DNA of 64,000 nt, taken from contig NIVC01003481.1 of the NCBI GenBank assembly GCA_002269645.1, forward strand, positions 1 through 64,000. The letters run 5' to 3'. Below, one piece after another: positions 42,052 to 61,381 of the stretch. Source of the stretch: Macrostomum lignano. Lineage: Eukaryota. The translations under genes and the position numbers were made by a program. Every line of letters starts with the position of its first letter. Position 1 is the stretch's first letter. Below the pieces are notes generated by a model, which was not told the origin of the DNA, ran no database searches, and saw nothing but the letters and a program-made list of their open reading frames with translations.

Positions 42052-43140
42052 TGTGTCTGAGGGTATTGTGTCTGAGGGGTATTGTGTCTGAGGGGTATTG
42101 TGTCTGAGGGGTAGTGTGTCTGAAGGGTATTGTGTCTGAAGGGTATTGTGTCTGAGGGGTATTGTGTCTGAGGGGTATTGTGTCTGAGGGGTATTGTGTC
42201 TGAGGGGTAGTGTGTCTGAAGGGTATTGTGTCTGGGGGGTATTGTGTCTGAGGGGTATTGTGTCTGAGGGGTATTGTGTCTGAGGGGTATTGTGTCTGAG
42301 GGGTAGTGTGTCTGAAGGGTATTGTGTCTGGGGGGTATTGTGTCTGAGGGGTATTGTGTCTGAGGGGTATTGTGTCTGAGGGGTATTGTGTCTGAGGGGT
42401 ATTGTGTCAGAGGGGTTATTATGTCTGAGGATATTGTGTCTGAGGGATATTGTGTCTGAGGGGTATTGTGTCTGACGAGTATCATATCTGAGAGACATTA
42501 AGTCGATGGGATATTGAGTCAACGCGACATTGAGTCGATGGGATATTGAGTCGATGGTATATTGAGTCGATGGGATATTGAGTCGATGGGATATTGAGTC
42601 GATGGGATATTGAGTCGATGGGATATTCAGATTCGATGGGATATTGAGAGTCGATGGGATATTGAGAGTCGATGGGATATTGAGAGTCGATGGGATATTG
42701 AGAGTCGATGGGATATTGAGTCGATGGGATATTGAGTCGATGGGATATTGAGTCGATGGGATATTGAGTCGATGGGATATTGAGTCGATGGGATATTGAG
42801 TCGATGGGATATTCAGAGTCGATGGGATATTGAGAGTCGATGGGATATTGAGAGTCGATGGGATATTGAGAGTCGATGGGATATTGAGTCGATGGGATAT
42901 TGAGTCGATGGGATATTGAGTCGATGGGATATTGAGTCGATGGGATATTGAGTCGATGGGATATTGAGTCGATGGGATATTGAGTCGATGGGATATTGAG
43001 TCAATGGGATATTGAGAGTCGATGGGATATTGAGAATCGATGGGTTATTGAGAGTCGATGGGATATTGAGTCGATGGGATATTGAGAGTCGATGGGATAT
43101 TGAGAGTCGATGGGTTATTGAGAGTCGATGGGATATTGAG
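42052..43140. repeat. Two abutting arrays: 16-mer TGTGTCTGAGGGGTAT (to ~42476) and 16/18-mer GAGTCGATGGGATATT(GA) (from ~42500)
   Basis: Direct inspection. Confidence 0.96.
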
Positions 43141-43155
43141 CAGTCGGACTCTCAC

Positions 43156-43527
43156 CTGGTCTGCAGGGCGGCGCTGCCCCGCAGCCAGTCGATCTGCGAT
43201 GAGCCAGCGGCGCCGTTCGCGGCGCACACCAGCGTCAGCGGCTCGCCGACGCGGCCCGACACGCGAGCCGGTGGCGCGGCTTCGAACCAGAGCGGCGGAC
43301 GAGGTCGATTCTTCGGCGCCGGCGTCAGGGCGGCTAGTCGGGAGTGAACGAACCCGCGACCTCCCGGCACCGGCGCGTCACACCGGTAGAGGCCGAACGC
43401 GCGCCGCCAGTCGGCGCCGGTCAGGCGAATCTCCAGCTGCGCGCCCTCGCGGTGCAGCAGGAACTGCCCGGCTAGACGGTCGGCCAGGCGGTAGGGCAGG
43501 GTGCTCGAACTTTCCGAGTAGTACCAC
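43156..43527 (-). CDS. unc-40/DCC-like: DCC/neogenin-like receptor, exon B (end of Ig2, first half of Ig3)
   Basis: gtcccgcag|G TGG...ACC AG|gtgaga, 372 nt open: WYYSESS...FGLYRCDAP...LWFEAAPPARVSGRVGEPLTLVCAANGAAGSSQIDWLRGSAALQT. Confidence 0.9.
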
Positions 43528-43540
43528 CTGCGGGACAGGT

Positions 43541-44552
43541 TGGTGACGGCTGGATTGGTGACGGGTGGATTAGTGACGGGAGGATTGGTGACGGGAGGAT
43601 TGGTGACGGGTGGATTGGTGACGGGTGGATTGGTGACGGCTGGATTGGTGACGGGGGATTGGTGACGGGAGGATTGGTGACGGGAGGATTGGTGACGGGT
43701 GAATTGATGACGGGTGGATTGGTGACGGGGGGATTGGTGACGGCTGGATTGGTGACGGCTGGATTGGAGACGGGAGGATTGGTGACGGGGGGATTGGTGA
43801 CGGGAGGATTGGTGACAGTTGGATTGAGTCCGTCAGAGAGAGTGGTCAAAGTGTTCAGAAAGTAACCAGAGAGTGCTCAGAGAAATCAGAGAGTGCTCAA
43901 AGAGTAATCACAGAGAGCTCAGGAAAATCAGAGGGTGCTTAGAGAAATCAGAGAGTGCTCAAAGAGTGCTCAAACTAATCAGATTGCTCAGAGAGTAATC
44001 AGAGAGTGCTCAGAGAGTAATCAGAGAGTGCTCAGAGAGTAATCAGAGAGTGCTCAGAGAGTAATCAGAGAGTGCTCAGAGAGTAATCAGAGAGTGCTCA
44101 GAGAGTAATCAGAGAGTGCTCAGAGAGTAATCAGAGAGTGCTCAGAGAGTAATCAGAGAGTGCTCAGAGAGTAATCAGAGAGTGCTCAGAGAGTAATCAG
44201 AGAGTGCTCAGAGAGTAATCAGAGAGTGCTCAGAGAGTAATCAGAGAGTGCTCAGAGAGTAATCAGAGAGTGCTCAGAGAGTAATCAGAGAGTGCTCAGA
44301 GAGTAATCAGAGAGTGCTCAGAGAGTAATCAGAGAGTGCTCAGAGAGTAATCAGAGAGTGCTCAGAGAGTAATCAGAGAGTGCTCAGAGAGTAATCAGAG
44401 AGTGCTCAGAGAGTAATCAGAGAGTGCTCAGAGAGTAATCAGAGAGTGCTCAGAGAGTAATCAGAGAGTGCTCAGAGAGTAATCAGAGAGTGCTCAGAGA
44501 GTAATCAGAGAGTGCTCAGAGAGTAATCAGAGAGTGCTCAGAGAGTAATCAG
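43541..44552. repeat. 15-mer GGTGACGG(G/C)TGGATT (43541-43826) and 22-mer AGAGAGTGCTCAGAGAGTAATC (43870-44552)
   Basis: Direct inspection. Confidence 0.96.
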
Positions 44553-45354
44553 ATATAGCTCGTAGAATTCGAAACGGAAGCGGAGAGGCCGCAGAACAAA
44601 CATGTCCCATTGAGAAAAGCTCCATCTGAACTCAGCTGTCGCTGTTGATTCACTCTCAGCCCCCATCAATCAAAATGCGCCCCAACTCAACCGAACAAGG
44701 CATGCTAGCTGAGAGAGCGGCACACACAGACCAGGCAATTGATAGTCTGCCATGTTTCGCGCAGAAGCAGCAAGAGGCAACGAACGGTTGGGGAAGACAC
44801 TCATCTACAAATAGGTAAGTGGTCAGGATTTTCCAAGCGACTGACGCTGGCAAACAGTGAGTGGGCTTAGCTGGCATAGGGGGGGGGGAGGGTTGGGAGA
44901 AAGTTCCCCAACCCCCGCTCTGATAGCTCTACCTGTCGGAATTAATTCCGGCCGTCTCCCGCTTAAACCTAGTATTTAAGACGGCTTTAGTAGAAAAGTA
45001 TAAGGTCGTCAGTCTAAGCAACCTTTACCCGAGTGGCTTGGCACTAATGGAGCTTATGAGTGCACGCGTCCAGCTTGGAATCGGATACCTCTGGGACGGG
45101 ATCGGGGGGGGCGGTGTCAAGGTAGGTAGCTACTGTAAATTGTAGGCAGGCGGCATTTCAAATGCAACAGGGCTTGCTGAAGAGAGAGAGAGAGAGATAG
45201 CAGAGTGAATGATGCTGAATGATGGTAAAGAAATCAGAATCCAAATAATTCCAAAGATATGGTACAGCGTTAATCAGTTTTAATGTCCCCAGCTCTAGTG
45301 GTCCTCTCTGTCAGTTTGGTAACTGCTGTGGCTTTGTGGCTTATCTCTGATTCC

Positions 45355-46060
45355 TCTCTTCCATCCGTGTGTCACTCTCTTCTATCCTGTGTCACTCTCT
45401 TCTACCCTGTGTCACTCTCTTCCTCTGTGAGCCACTCTCTTCTATCCTTGTGTCACTCTCTTCCATCCTGCGTCACTCTCTTCTATCCTGTGTCACTCTC
45501 TTCTATCCTGTGTCACTCTCTTCTATCTTTGTGTCACTCTCTTCCATCTTGTGTCACTCTCTTCCATCTTTGTGTCACTCTCTTCTATCCTGTGTCACTC
45601 TCTTCTATCTTTGTGTCACTCTCTTCCATCTTGTGTCACTCTCTTCCATCTTTGTGTCACTCTCTTTCTCTGTGAGCCACTCTCTTCTGTCCTATGTCCC
45701 TTTCTTCCATCTTGTGTCACTCTCTTCTATCTTTGTGTCACTCTCTTCCATCTTGTGTCACTCTCTTCCATCTTTGTGTCACTCTCTTCTATCCTGTGTC
45801 GCTCTCTTCTGTCCTATGTCACTCTCTTCTGTCCTATGTCACTCTCCTCCATCCTGCCGTCACTCTCCTCCATCCTGCCGTCACTCTCCTCCATCCTGCC
45901 GTCACTCTCCTCCATCCTGCCGTCACTCTCCTCCATCCTGCCGTCACTCTCCTCCATCCTGCCGTCACTCTCTTCCTCTGTGAGCCACTCTCTTTTATCC
46001 TTGTGTCACTCTTCCATCCTGCGTCACTCTTTCCTCTGTCACTCTCTCCACTGTCACTCT
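45355..46060. repeat. 20-22-bp GTGTCACTCTCTTCTATCCT-type minisatellite
   Basis: Direct inspection. Confidence 0.93.
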
Positions 46061-46994
46061 CTTTGTCTCTCTGTCACACCCCTTCCCCATCTTTCACCTT
46101 CCACTCACTTCTGTCTACTTAATCGCTCTCCTAAACGTTTGGTCACTCAAATACCGGCCTCCTATCCTACCGCCCACCTCTCGCGTCGCACCACAAGTCA
46201 GTCAGAAAAATATTAATAAAAGCAGTAACGATGCAGCTTCACACACTGCAGCAGATTCGCACGCACACACAAAAACTTTTATTAAGCAACAGTTCGGCTA
46301 CACAGTTGGCGTGTGTGTGTGGGGACACCCCCTGCTGGACAGATGGACAAACGCATAAACACCCCGGGTAAAAAAACTGATGAAGAAAAAAGAAGAAAAA
46401 AAGCACATCCAAATCTATGAGGAGGAATCTACTAAGAAAGAAAAATGGCTTTCGCCAAGGAAACCGAAAACTAGAATTTGGATTTTCAACTCCCCTTCAA
46501 GAGCACTCCAGCGTCTGGTTCAAAGAGTCTCCCTGCCGCAGATCTCCAAATCGTGAGGATTTGTTTTTCTCGTCTGTCTGGCGAGGGAAGAAAAACTGGC
46601 CACATCTGGGCTGCATCTGGCTGTGTGGAATACGCTATGCACTATAGCTTAGCCGTAGTGTAAATGTAAACAGCACCAGCGGCCGAGCACAGAGGGTGGT
46701 CTCCATCGCCCCTATCAACTCCAGTTATCTTCGCCCTTCCTTTCTCTCTCTCTCTCTCTCCGGAGCTGAGGCTCCCACAAGTGGTGACGGATCGATTGGC
46801 TGACCCCGGGGAGAAAATGAAAATTTCACAATAGTACCCTAAAATCATGCATACGATTTGTCATCTCTCCAGTTGAACTGGGTGTTATTATTTAAGAAAT
46901 ATTCTAAAAATTAGTTCTACTGAAATGGGATTCTGAGAAACTGGGATTAGTTGTTAACCGGCAAAGGGGAATATTTTATTAGATTGCTGACGGA

Positions 46995-47670
46995 TAAAGT
47001 GGTGATGGATAGATTAGTGACGGCTAGATTAGTGACGGCTAGATTAGTGACGGATAGATTAGTGACGGATAGATTCGTAACGGATAGATTGGTGATGGAT
47101 AGATTGGTGACGGATAGATTGGTGACGGATAGATTCGTAACGGATAGATTGGTGATGGATAGATTGGTGATGGATAGATTGGTGACGGATAAATTCGTAA
47201 CGGATAGATTGGTGATGGATAGATTGGTGACAGATAGATTGGTGAAGGATACATTGGTGACGGATAGATTGGTGACGGATAGATTGGTGACGGATAGATT
47301 GGTGAAGGATACATTGGTGACGGATAGATTGGTGATGGATAGATTGGTGACAGATAGATTGGTGAAGGATACATTGGTGACGGATAGATTGGTGACGGAT
47401 AGATTGGTGACAGATAGATTAGTGACAGATATATTGATCACGGATAGATTGGTGACAGATAGATTAGTGACAGATAGATTGATGACGGATAGATTGGTGA
47501 CGGATTCATTGGTGACGGATAGATTGGTGACGGATAGATTGGTGATAGATAGATTGGTGACGGATAGATTGGTGACGGATAGATTGATGACAGATAGATT
47601 GATGACGGATAGATTGGTGACGGATAGATTGGTGACAGATAGATTGGTGACGGATAGATTGGTGACGGAT
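46995..47670. repeat. 15-bp GGTGACGGATAGATT minisatellite
   Basis: Direct inspection. Confidence 0.96.
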
Positions 47671-48229
47671 CTTGGAATCTGATAACAAAATAATATCAGG
47701 AATCTTGCATATACTCTATCGTCTCTGCAGCTCCAGCTAGAGTTATTGTTTTTATGAAAGAGATTCTAAGAAAATGAGATTTCCTGATTCTAAGAAACTG
47801 GGGGAATTATTAACCGACAAAGGTAGATTCATTCTCATTCCCTCATTGATCGAGAAGCATATACATGCATAGCGGAAAGAAGCGGAAAGAAGCTCACGCA
47901 AAAGCAAGATAGCCTCCATTTCTACCCCCCCCCACGCCAACTTTGTGTCGCATTGCTGCCTTGAGAACTCTGTACAGCCCAGCTAGCTCATTCAAAACCA
48001 AAGTAAGGCTGTCTATTAATCCCATATAATTTTACTCTCGCGTTGATCGCTTGAATTAAACACTTAAAAAATGCAAGCAGTTTGAATGGGAATCGGCATT
48101 ATGGGGCTGATTGTTGCATTCCAGTGTAGAGTATTGCGCAGTCAGACTCGTGTGCGCGAGCAAAGTATTTGGCCTTTCTCACTTTGCATAGGAGATAAGA
48201 GGGTTCAAGCTGGGTGATAGGCTAAGAGT

Positions 48230-48990
48230 GGGGGGAGAGAAGAGGAGGAAAGGAAGAGGAAGAGAAGTGAGGAGAGGAAAAATCAAAGGGAGCGGAAGAC
48301 AAGAGAGGGAGCGGAAGAGAAGAGAGGGAGAGGGCGAGAAGAGAGGAAGAGATGAGAGGCAAAGGGAGAGATGAGAGGGAGAGTGATAGGGAGAGAAGAT
48401 AGGGAGAGGGAGAGACAAAGGGGGAAATGAGAGGAGGAGGAAGAGGGAGAGAAGAAAGGGAGAGATGAGAGGGAGAGAGGAGAGGCAGAGATAAGAGGGA
48501 GAGAGGAGGATGGGATGGGAGGAAGAGAAGAGAGAGAGAGAGGATATGCAGAGATGAGAAGGAGAGAGAGAGGGGGAGAGGGAGATATGAGAAGGAGAGG
48601 GAGAGAAGAGAGGGAGAGAGGAGAGGGAGAGAGGAGAGGGAGAGAGGAGAGGGAGAGAGGAGAGGGAGAGAGGAGAGGGAGAGAGGGAGAGAAGAGAGGG
48701 AGAGATGAGAGGGAGAGATGAGAGGGAGAGATGAGAGGGAGAGAGGGAGAGATGAGAGGGAGAGTGGAGAGGAAGAGGAGGAGATGAGATGAGAGGGGGA
48801 GAAGAGAGGGAGAGAGGGAGAGATGAGAGGCAAAGGGAGAGATGAGAGGCAAAGGGAGAGATGAGAGGCAAAGGGAGAGATGAGAGGCAAAGGGAGAGAT
48901 GAGAGGCAAAGGGAGAGATGAGAGGCAAAGGGAGAGATGAGAGGCAAAGGGAGAGATGAGAGGCAAAGGGAGAGATGAGAGGGAGAGGTA
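48230..48990. repeat. GA-rich tract ending in 20-mer GAGATGAGAGGCAAAGGGAG-type units
   Basis: Direct inspection. Confidence 0.92.
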
Positions 48991-49439
48991 AGAAATAAGC
49001 ATCACGAACAGAGGAGATTGAGAGCGAGAAGGCAAACAGGGATGGACAGAGAAAGTGAAGCCGAATGCAGGCAGAAAGCAAAGCTCTGATAAGCGGAGCC
49101 ACGGCGGCGCCAGTATTGCAGCCATAGCAACGGAGAAATCAGCCAGCTGCCAGTCCGCAAGGGTCTCCGCAACAGAACCGGATTTTGTAATAAACGTAAG
49201 CGGTGCTCCCTATATAGGATAAGCAAATGTCCGTCCCTATTCCTGGACGCCTGGAGTACAGAGATCTTGCGGATATAAGTTTATTTTCTACTCAAAAGAG
49301 TCATCTTTCTCGATGATTTTGAGTAAAATTTCGAATCTTTTTTTTCTTTGCTAATAAATTGTTATCCCATTACTCCAAAGAAATGGTCGATATACTCGAA
49401 ATAAAAAATATCCCAATATCCGTCAGATTCCAATGTTCT

Positions 49440-49851
49440 CATTGTATGTATCCCCAATATCCCCAATATTTCCATTTTCAGCATCCCCAATATTTTCAAT
49501 ATCCTCAATGTCCCCATACTCCAAACATCCCGATCCTAAATATCCCCAATATCCCTGATATTTTCTTTTATGCCAAATATGCCGAATATCCTAAATATCC
49601 TCCTTATCCCCAATATCCCCAATATCCCGGATAGTTTTAATATTCCCAGTATCCCAATATCCCAAATATCGCCAATATCTCCAATATCCCCAGTGTCCCC
49701 AATATCCGAAATATCCCCAATATCTCCAATATCCCCGATGTCCCCAATATCCCAAATATCTCCAATATTTCCAATATCCTCAATATTCACAATATCCCAA
49801 ATGTCCAAAATATCTCAAATACCAAAAATATCCCAAACATCTCAAATATCC
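49440..49851. repeat. Degenerate ATATCCCCA-type repeat, interrupted by the LINE and resuming at 55235-55345
   Basis: Same aatatccc-type subunits on both sides of the element. Confidence 0.85.
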
Positions 49852-50037
49852 AGGGGGCAAACGGCAACTTAAACCGAGGGACTCTGTGACATCCGCCAGC
49901 TTTTCGTTTTTCGAGGAGGCTCTTCCCCCTCCTTTTCGTTCTGGCCTGGCGTGGAAGCGGCTAGCTTCCTCGTCTTGGTCTGCTGGTGGGGGACGGATCC
50001 CCCCTGCTGCTTTTTTTGCGGGGCAGGTGGCTGCTAA

Positions 50038-55141
<5,104 letters not shown>

Positions 55142-56035
55142 TCCTTGTGCTCTTTTACCTTGGGGTTGCGATAGGGGCCTCGCGGCCTATTCGCGGCGCC
55201 TGCGCCCCCCGTCAGTAGTAAGTAAGTAGTAAGTATCTCAAATATCCTCAATCTCCCAATTACTCCCAATATCCCAGATATTCCAATATTTTCAATGCAC
55301 CAAATATTCCGATATCATACATCCCGAACATCCCGGATGTCCCGAATCTTCAACATCATCATTAAGGTCATCTCTGCCCGTGCTCACTCGAGAATATTTG
55401 CGCCATGTACCAAACATTTTTTTGAAAATATTATCCTATGAAAAAGTTACAAAACCCCCCACTGGAAACAAAAGGCTTTTGTCCCCTGCGGCTAAAAAAA
55501 ACATTTCCCATAGTTCGTGCAGACAGCTTTCTAGAACGGAACAGATCCGAGGGAACAATGGCAACCAGCTCCCTTTGCTCAGCTCCGCTGGAGAGTGCAA
55601 GGCATTGGCAAAATGCGCCGCTAACTCTGGCAAGGACACAAAATCGCTGGCGATGGTGAAACTGTAAAAAAACTCTGCCGCTACTCAAAACTGCCGGATT
55701 AGCAACGGGATTAGCGTGACCCAGAAGACATTGTGCAGTGTGACTCATTCCTAACAAATCAGACCAATGTCATAGCAGCCATCCCGGAGTTGGCTCTCAG
55801 ATCCGTCATCCTACACTGGTATACTCACAGCACAAGTAGAGGGAAAATGGGCTATGCAGTTAGTAGTTGAAGAGCTGCAGTTTACATGTAGCTCGTAGTA
55901 GAGAGAGTGGAGAGAAAGCGCACATAGTGGAACCAATTGAGTTTCCCCCGTCCCGCAACTCTTCCCAGACAATTCTTGCCAACACACTTCAGCAACAGCA
56001 AAACTGACGACCTGTAGGGCTCTGGCAGTGCTTAC

Positions 56036-56141
56036 TCAAGTTGGGTCCTTGGCAGCCGGTCAATCTCACAGCGGAAGACCACCGTGTCATTGCGGGCGGC
56101 CTGCTTGTCCTCCGGCTGATGGCTGAACACGGCGCTGACAT
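56036..56141 (-). CDS. unc-40/DCC-like: DCC/neogenin/frazzled-like receptor, exon A (start of an Ig domain, probably Ig2)
   Basis: aaattacag|AT...CTT GA|gtaagc; VSAVFSHQPEDKQAARNDTVVFRCEIDRLPRTQL. Its phase-2 end joins exactly to the G-TGG (E-W) start of the exon at 43527. Confidence 0.85.
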
Positions 56142-56532
56142 CTGTAATTTGCCGATGAAGAGGGAAGCAGATTAGTATCTGTGAATGGGGAAGGTTCCGT
56201 TTTCAGTCCGGCCGCCGCGCCTGTCTCTCCCAGACTCCGTTAGCTCCATCAATCACAAATCGTTGAGGGTGACTCACTCCGGGTCAAACGCGCCAAGGCC
56301 GCACCCCGAACCTCATTCCCCAATCTGAAGGGTTTCAAGTCCAGGCGAACACCTAGATTCCAATTTCTGTCTGACTGTCTCTCAGTGTGTGTCTAATCAA
56401 GGCTTACGCAACTGCAGCGGGCAACTCAATTCAATCAAATCAATTTCTAGCTGTAAACTAAGCGCCGCATTACTAAGAGATTGCTGGCCAAAGTGTATAT
56501 GGCAATGCGAGCCGAGTTTGGAATGACTTTTT

Positions 56533-58260
56533 GGTCAGACTGGATGCTACACCGGTGTCAGACTGGATGCTACACCGGTGTCAGACTGGATGCTACACCG
56601 GTGTCAGACTGGATGCTGCTACACCGGTGTCAGACTGGATGCTACACCGGTGTCAGACTGGATGCTACACCGGTGTCAGACTGGATGCTACACCGGTGTC
56701 AGACTGGATGCTGCTACACCGGTGTCAGACTGGATGCTACACCGGTGTCAGACTGGATGCTACACCGGTGTCAGACTGGATGCTACACCGGTGTCAGACT
56801 GGATGCTACACCGGTGTCAGACTGGATGCTACACCGGTGTCAGACTGGATGCTGCACCGGTGTCAGACTGAATGCTGCTACACCGGTGTCAGACTGGATG
56901 CTACACCGGTGTCAGACTGGATGCTACACCGGTGTCAGACTGGATGCTACACCGGTGTCAGACTGGATGCTGCACCAGTGTCAGACTGGATGCTACACCG
57001 GTGCCAGACTGGATGCTGCTACACCAGTGTCAGACTGGATGCTACACCGGTGCCAGACTGGATGCTACACCGGTGTCGGACTGGATGCTACACCGGTGTC
57101 AGACTGGATGCTACACCGGTGTCGGACTGGATGCTACACCGGTGTCGGACTGGATGCTACACCGGTGTCGGACTGGATGCTACACCGGTGTCGGACTGGA
57201 TGCTACACCGGTGTCAGACTGGATGCTACACCAGTGTCAGACTGGATGCTGCTACACCGGTGTCGGACTGGATGCTACACCGGTGTCAGACTGGATGCTA
57301 CACCGGTGTCGGACTGGATGCTACACCGGTGTCAGACTGGATGCTACACCAGTGTCAGACTGGATGCTGCTACACCGGTGTCGGACTGGATGCTACACCG
57401 GTGTCAGACTGGATGCTACACCGGTGTCATACTGGATGCTACACCGGTGTCAGACTGGATGCTACACCGGTGTCAGACTGGATGCTACTACACCAGTGTC
57501 AGACTGGATGCTGCTAAACCGGTGTCAGACTGGATGCTACACCGGTGTCAGACTGGATGCTACACCGGTGTCAGACTGGATGCTACACCGGTGTCAGACT
57601 GGATGCTACACCGGTGTCAGACTGGATGCTGCTACACCGGTGTCAGACTGGATGCTACACCGGTGTCAGACTGGATGCTACACCGGTGTCAGACTGGATG
57701 CTACACCGGTGTCAGACTGGATGCTGCTACACCGGTGTCAGACTGGATGCTACACCGGTGTCAGACTGGATGCTACACCGGTGTCAGACTGGATGCTACA
57801 CCGGTGTCAGACTGGATGCTACACCGGTGTCAGACTGGATGCTACACCGGTGTCAGACTGGATGCTACACCGGTGTCAGACTGGATGCTGCTAAACCGGT
57901 GTCAGACTGGATGCTGCTACACCGGTGTCAGACTGGATGCTACACCGGTGTCAGACTGGATGCTACACCGGTGTCAGACTGGATGCTGCTACACCAGTGT
58001 CAGACTGGATGCTGCTAAACCGGTGTCAGACTGGATGCTACACCGGTGTCAGACTGGATGCTACACCGGTGTCAGACTGGATGCTGCACCGGTGTCGGAC
58101 TGGATGCTGCACCGGTGTCAGACTGGATGCTGCACCGGTGTCAGACTGGATGCTGCACCGGTGTCAGACTGGATGCTGCACCGGTGTCAGACTGGATGCT
58201 GCACCGGTGTCAGACTGGATGCTGCACCGGTGTCAGACTGGATGCTGCACCGGTGTCAGA
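56533..58260. repeat. 22/25-bp minisatellite with palindromic core
   Basis: Unit CAGACTGGATGCT(GCT)ACACCGGTGT; explains the 617-aa spurious ORF. Confidence 0.97.
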
Positions 58261-58486
58261 AATCCCATAAAACAAAGTTCAGAAATTCTCAAATGCAAAG
58301 TATATCATCTGGATTAGTTAGTATTGGAAATTGAACTTTTACTGTGGCCACATTGAACTCAATAAACTTTTAATCCCAATGGGCCGAAATTTCGCGCAGG
58401 CAAACATATACTAGAAAGGGCTGACTACGAATTGGCTAAAAATGTATAAATTTTAAATTTGCATTCTTTGAGACGCCACGAGCAGG

Positions 58487-59490
58487 CAACAGACAGCAGA
58501 CAGCAGACAGCAGACAGCAGACAGCAGACAGCAGACAGCAGACAGAAGACAGAAGACAGCAGACAGCAGACAGAAGACAGCAGACAGCAGACAGAAGACA
58601 ACAGACAACAGACAGCAGACAGCAGACAGAAGACAACAGACAGCAGACAGAAGACAGCAGACAGCAGACAGAAGACAACAGACAACAGACAGCAGACAGC
58701 AGACAGAAGACAACAGACAGCAGACACCAGACACCAGACAGCAGACAGCAGACAGAAGACAGAAGACAGCAGACAGAAGACAGCAGACAGCAGACAGAAG
58801 ACAACAGACAGCAGACATCAGAGAGCAGACAGCAGAGAGCAGAGAGCAGACATAAGACAGCAGAAAGAAGACAGCAGACAGCAGACATAAGACAGCAGAA
58901 AGAAGACAACAGACAGCAAACAACAGACAGAAGACAGCAGACAGGAGACAGCAGACAGCAAACAACAGACAGGAGACAGCAGACAGCAGACAGAAGACAA
59001 CAGACAGCAAACAACAGACAGGAGACAGCAGACAGCAGACAGCAGACAGAAGACAGCAGACAGCAGACAGAAGACAACAGACAGCAGACATCAGAGAGCA
59101 GACAGCAGAGAGCAGAGAGCAGACATAAGACAGCAGACAGAAGACAGCAGACAGCAGACAGCAGACAGAAGACAGCAGACGGCAGACAGCAGACAGAAGA
59201 CAGCAGACAGCAGACAGCAGACAGCAGACAGCAGACAGAAGACAACAGACAGCAGACAACAGAGAGCAGACAGCAGAGAGCAGAGAGCAGACATAAGACA
59301 GCAGATAGAAGACAGCAGACAGCAGACAGAAGACAACAGACAACAGACAACAGACAGCAGACAGCAGACAGAAGACACAGACAACAGACAGCAGACAGAA
59401 GACAGCAGATAGAAGACAGCAGATAGAAGACAGCAGATAGAAGACAGCAGATAGAAGACAGCAGATAGAAGACAGCAGACAACAGTCAGC
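58487..59490. repeat. 7-bp CAGACAG / AAGACAG-type repeat
   Basis: Direct inspection. Confidence 0.95.
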
Positions 59491-59883
59491 AGACACTCAG
59501 GATTAGGTTGGGTGACAAAGTCCCCAGGAGCACTCACTCCACTAAATTTCAGTTGCTATCAAACTCTGACACTGTTGGAATTGGAATTTTTTAAAACATA
59601 AACGGGAAGAAGACGCGATAGACGGGACGGCTGCAATCGTAAAGGGGGGTTAAAAAATGCGCCGCGCAACGCTCTCGGCAACAACAGCGCGGACACCGAC
59701 AGAACAGAACCGCATATAAAATCTGTTTAGTCCCTGATTTTTATTATTATTTCCGGGGGGGGGAGGGGCATGAAGAATCCAACGCCGACATCCACGAATA
59801 GGAGGCCACTGGGAATGTCAGTCCCAGAGTTTGCAACAGCAGCAGTCTTTTGCTTCGTCCGCTGTCGGTTGTCTTTTTTCTCT

Positions 59884-59997
<114 letters not shown>

Positions 59998-60899
59998 GCA
60001 CGGGGCATTTGTTGGGCCATACGCGTACAACGGGACCCGCACTGTTGGGCCAAAAAAATGTTGGGACTGTCCCATCAAGTCCGTCCAACACTTCCAAAAA
60101 AGTTACAATAGCAGCTCAAAAAAATACTCTATGGATTCAGCTCGACAGCCTCTTTTTGATGGTGCAACTCATTTTTAATAATTTTACTTGCTGTGTCAAT
60201 AAATAAGCAAAAACTGGCGTCCCAATAAGGAAAAATGATACAAAATTCGACCAAATCACTATTGGGACACTGAAATGGCTAATTTGCTCCCGCATATTTT
60301 TATTGGTTTTTTCTCATATTTTTACTAATAGTAGATTTCAAGCGCATTCATTTGCTGCAGTCTTTGTTTCAAGACGTAAATACATAGCATACATTAAAAT
60401 ACATACAAAGCAAAGCATAGCAAAACACTTTTAAGGGTATTTTATTGTCAAAGGATGGTTCTGGATGGAGATAAACCTAAAGAAATGACAAGGGCTTACA
60501 TGTACTTCTGACTGTGATGGGCATCAGTCCTCTACACGAACTAAATTGTTAGGACAGTGTTGCAGTGTTGAATACAACAGCCCACTCTTGTTAGGACTCA
60601 TGCTATTGACTGCTGCGCGCATTCGATATTCTATAAATTGTTGGGACTGTGTGCTAGAGTGTCGTTTACAAAAGCCCACTCATATTAGGACTTACCCCGT
60701 ACATGTTAGGACTAAGCCCTACCCCCCTGTGTACATGGCTCCAATTTACCAGAGTCCCCTTGCTAGTTAAGTGTACATTTATTTTGGTCTATTATTGACG
60801 CCACCCCGCAAACGTACGGTAAACAAAATTGGCATGTACTCGCCATGCTGAAATCAATGGTCAACTCTGCCTCTGCCATGGCACCCGAGTCACCATGGT

Positions 60900-61381
60900 A
60901 TGGAAAGAACAGCATGGAATGGCACAGCGATAAACATGTAAGTGGTATTAAAAAACTTTGTCGGAAACCAGAAGCATTTATATTTAAATGCTATAAAAAA
61001 TACTGCTCCTGCTAAGCAGTACCTACCTTTACTTCAGGTATATCACCTTTGATCAACTGCCATGTGGCGCAATTGCCAAAGGATCCGTCGACTTTAACCG
61101 GTAAGCTGTAAAAGCTTTGAGTAAAACTTGGCATTTCGTCTGAATCCATTGACATTCAATAGCCTACGTGTCCAACAACAAAAATTATAAGTTTTGTACT
61201 TTTAACTCTCAGATTGGGTCTTAGCAGATTCTATAGCTATGCATGCAAGGGCCCCTCAGAGGAGATGCTTAAACACTGCAGTGCATTTTTCCTAGCAATT
61301 ATTGGGACACGAAGTGTTGGGCCACTGTGTGTGTGTCTAGTTTTTTCCGCATTTGTTAAGTCACCTAAAGAACTCAATTAA
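60900..61381 (+). CDS. Candidate small 3-exon gene (60900-60937, 61038-61100, 61213-61381; 89 aa, unknown function)
   Basis: Donors AT|gtaagt and CG|gtaagc, acceptors ctttacttcag| and ttttaactctcag|, introns of 100 and 112 nt, phases 2/2 consistent, TAA overlapping AATAAA (61380-61385). No recognisable homology. Confidence 0.3.

Noticed and set aside
45283-45360. Signal-peptide-like N-terminus MSPALVVLSVSLVTAVALWL on the plus strand
   Set aside because: Runs straight into a minisatellite, is on the strand opposite the receptor gene, and has no downstream exons.
56278-56352. Possible extra 75-nt phase-1/1 exon of the DCC-like gene (VRLDLKPFRLGNEVRGAALARLTR)
   Set aside because: Good donor (A|gtgagt) and open frame, but pyrimidine-poor acceptor and no Ig-like character; not supported without RNA data.
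56481-58334. 617-aa Cys-rich ORF
   Set aside because: Product of the 22/25-bp minisatellite; periodic in all frames, no splice context.
59536-59570. Exon-like segment with cag acceptor and gtgagt donor on the minus strand
   Set aside because: Stops in all three frames; could at most be non-coding.
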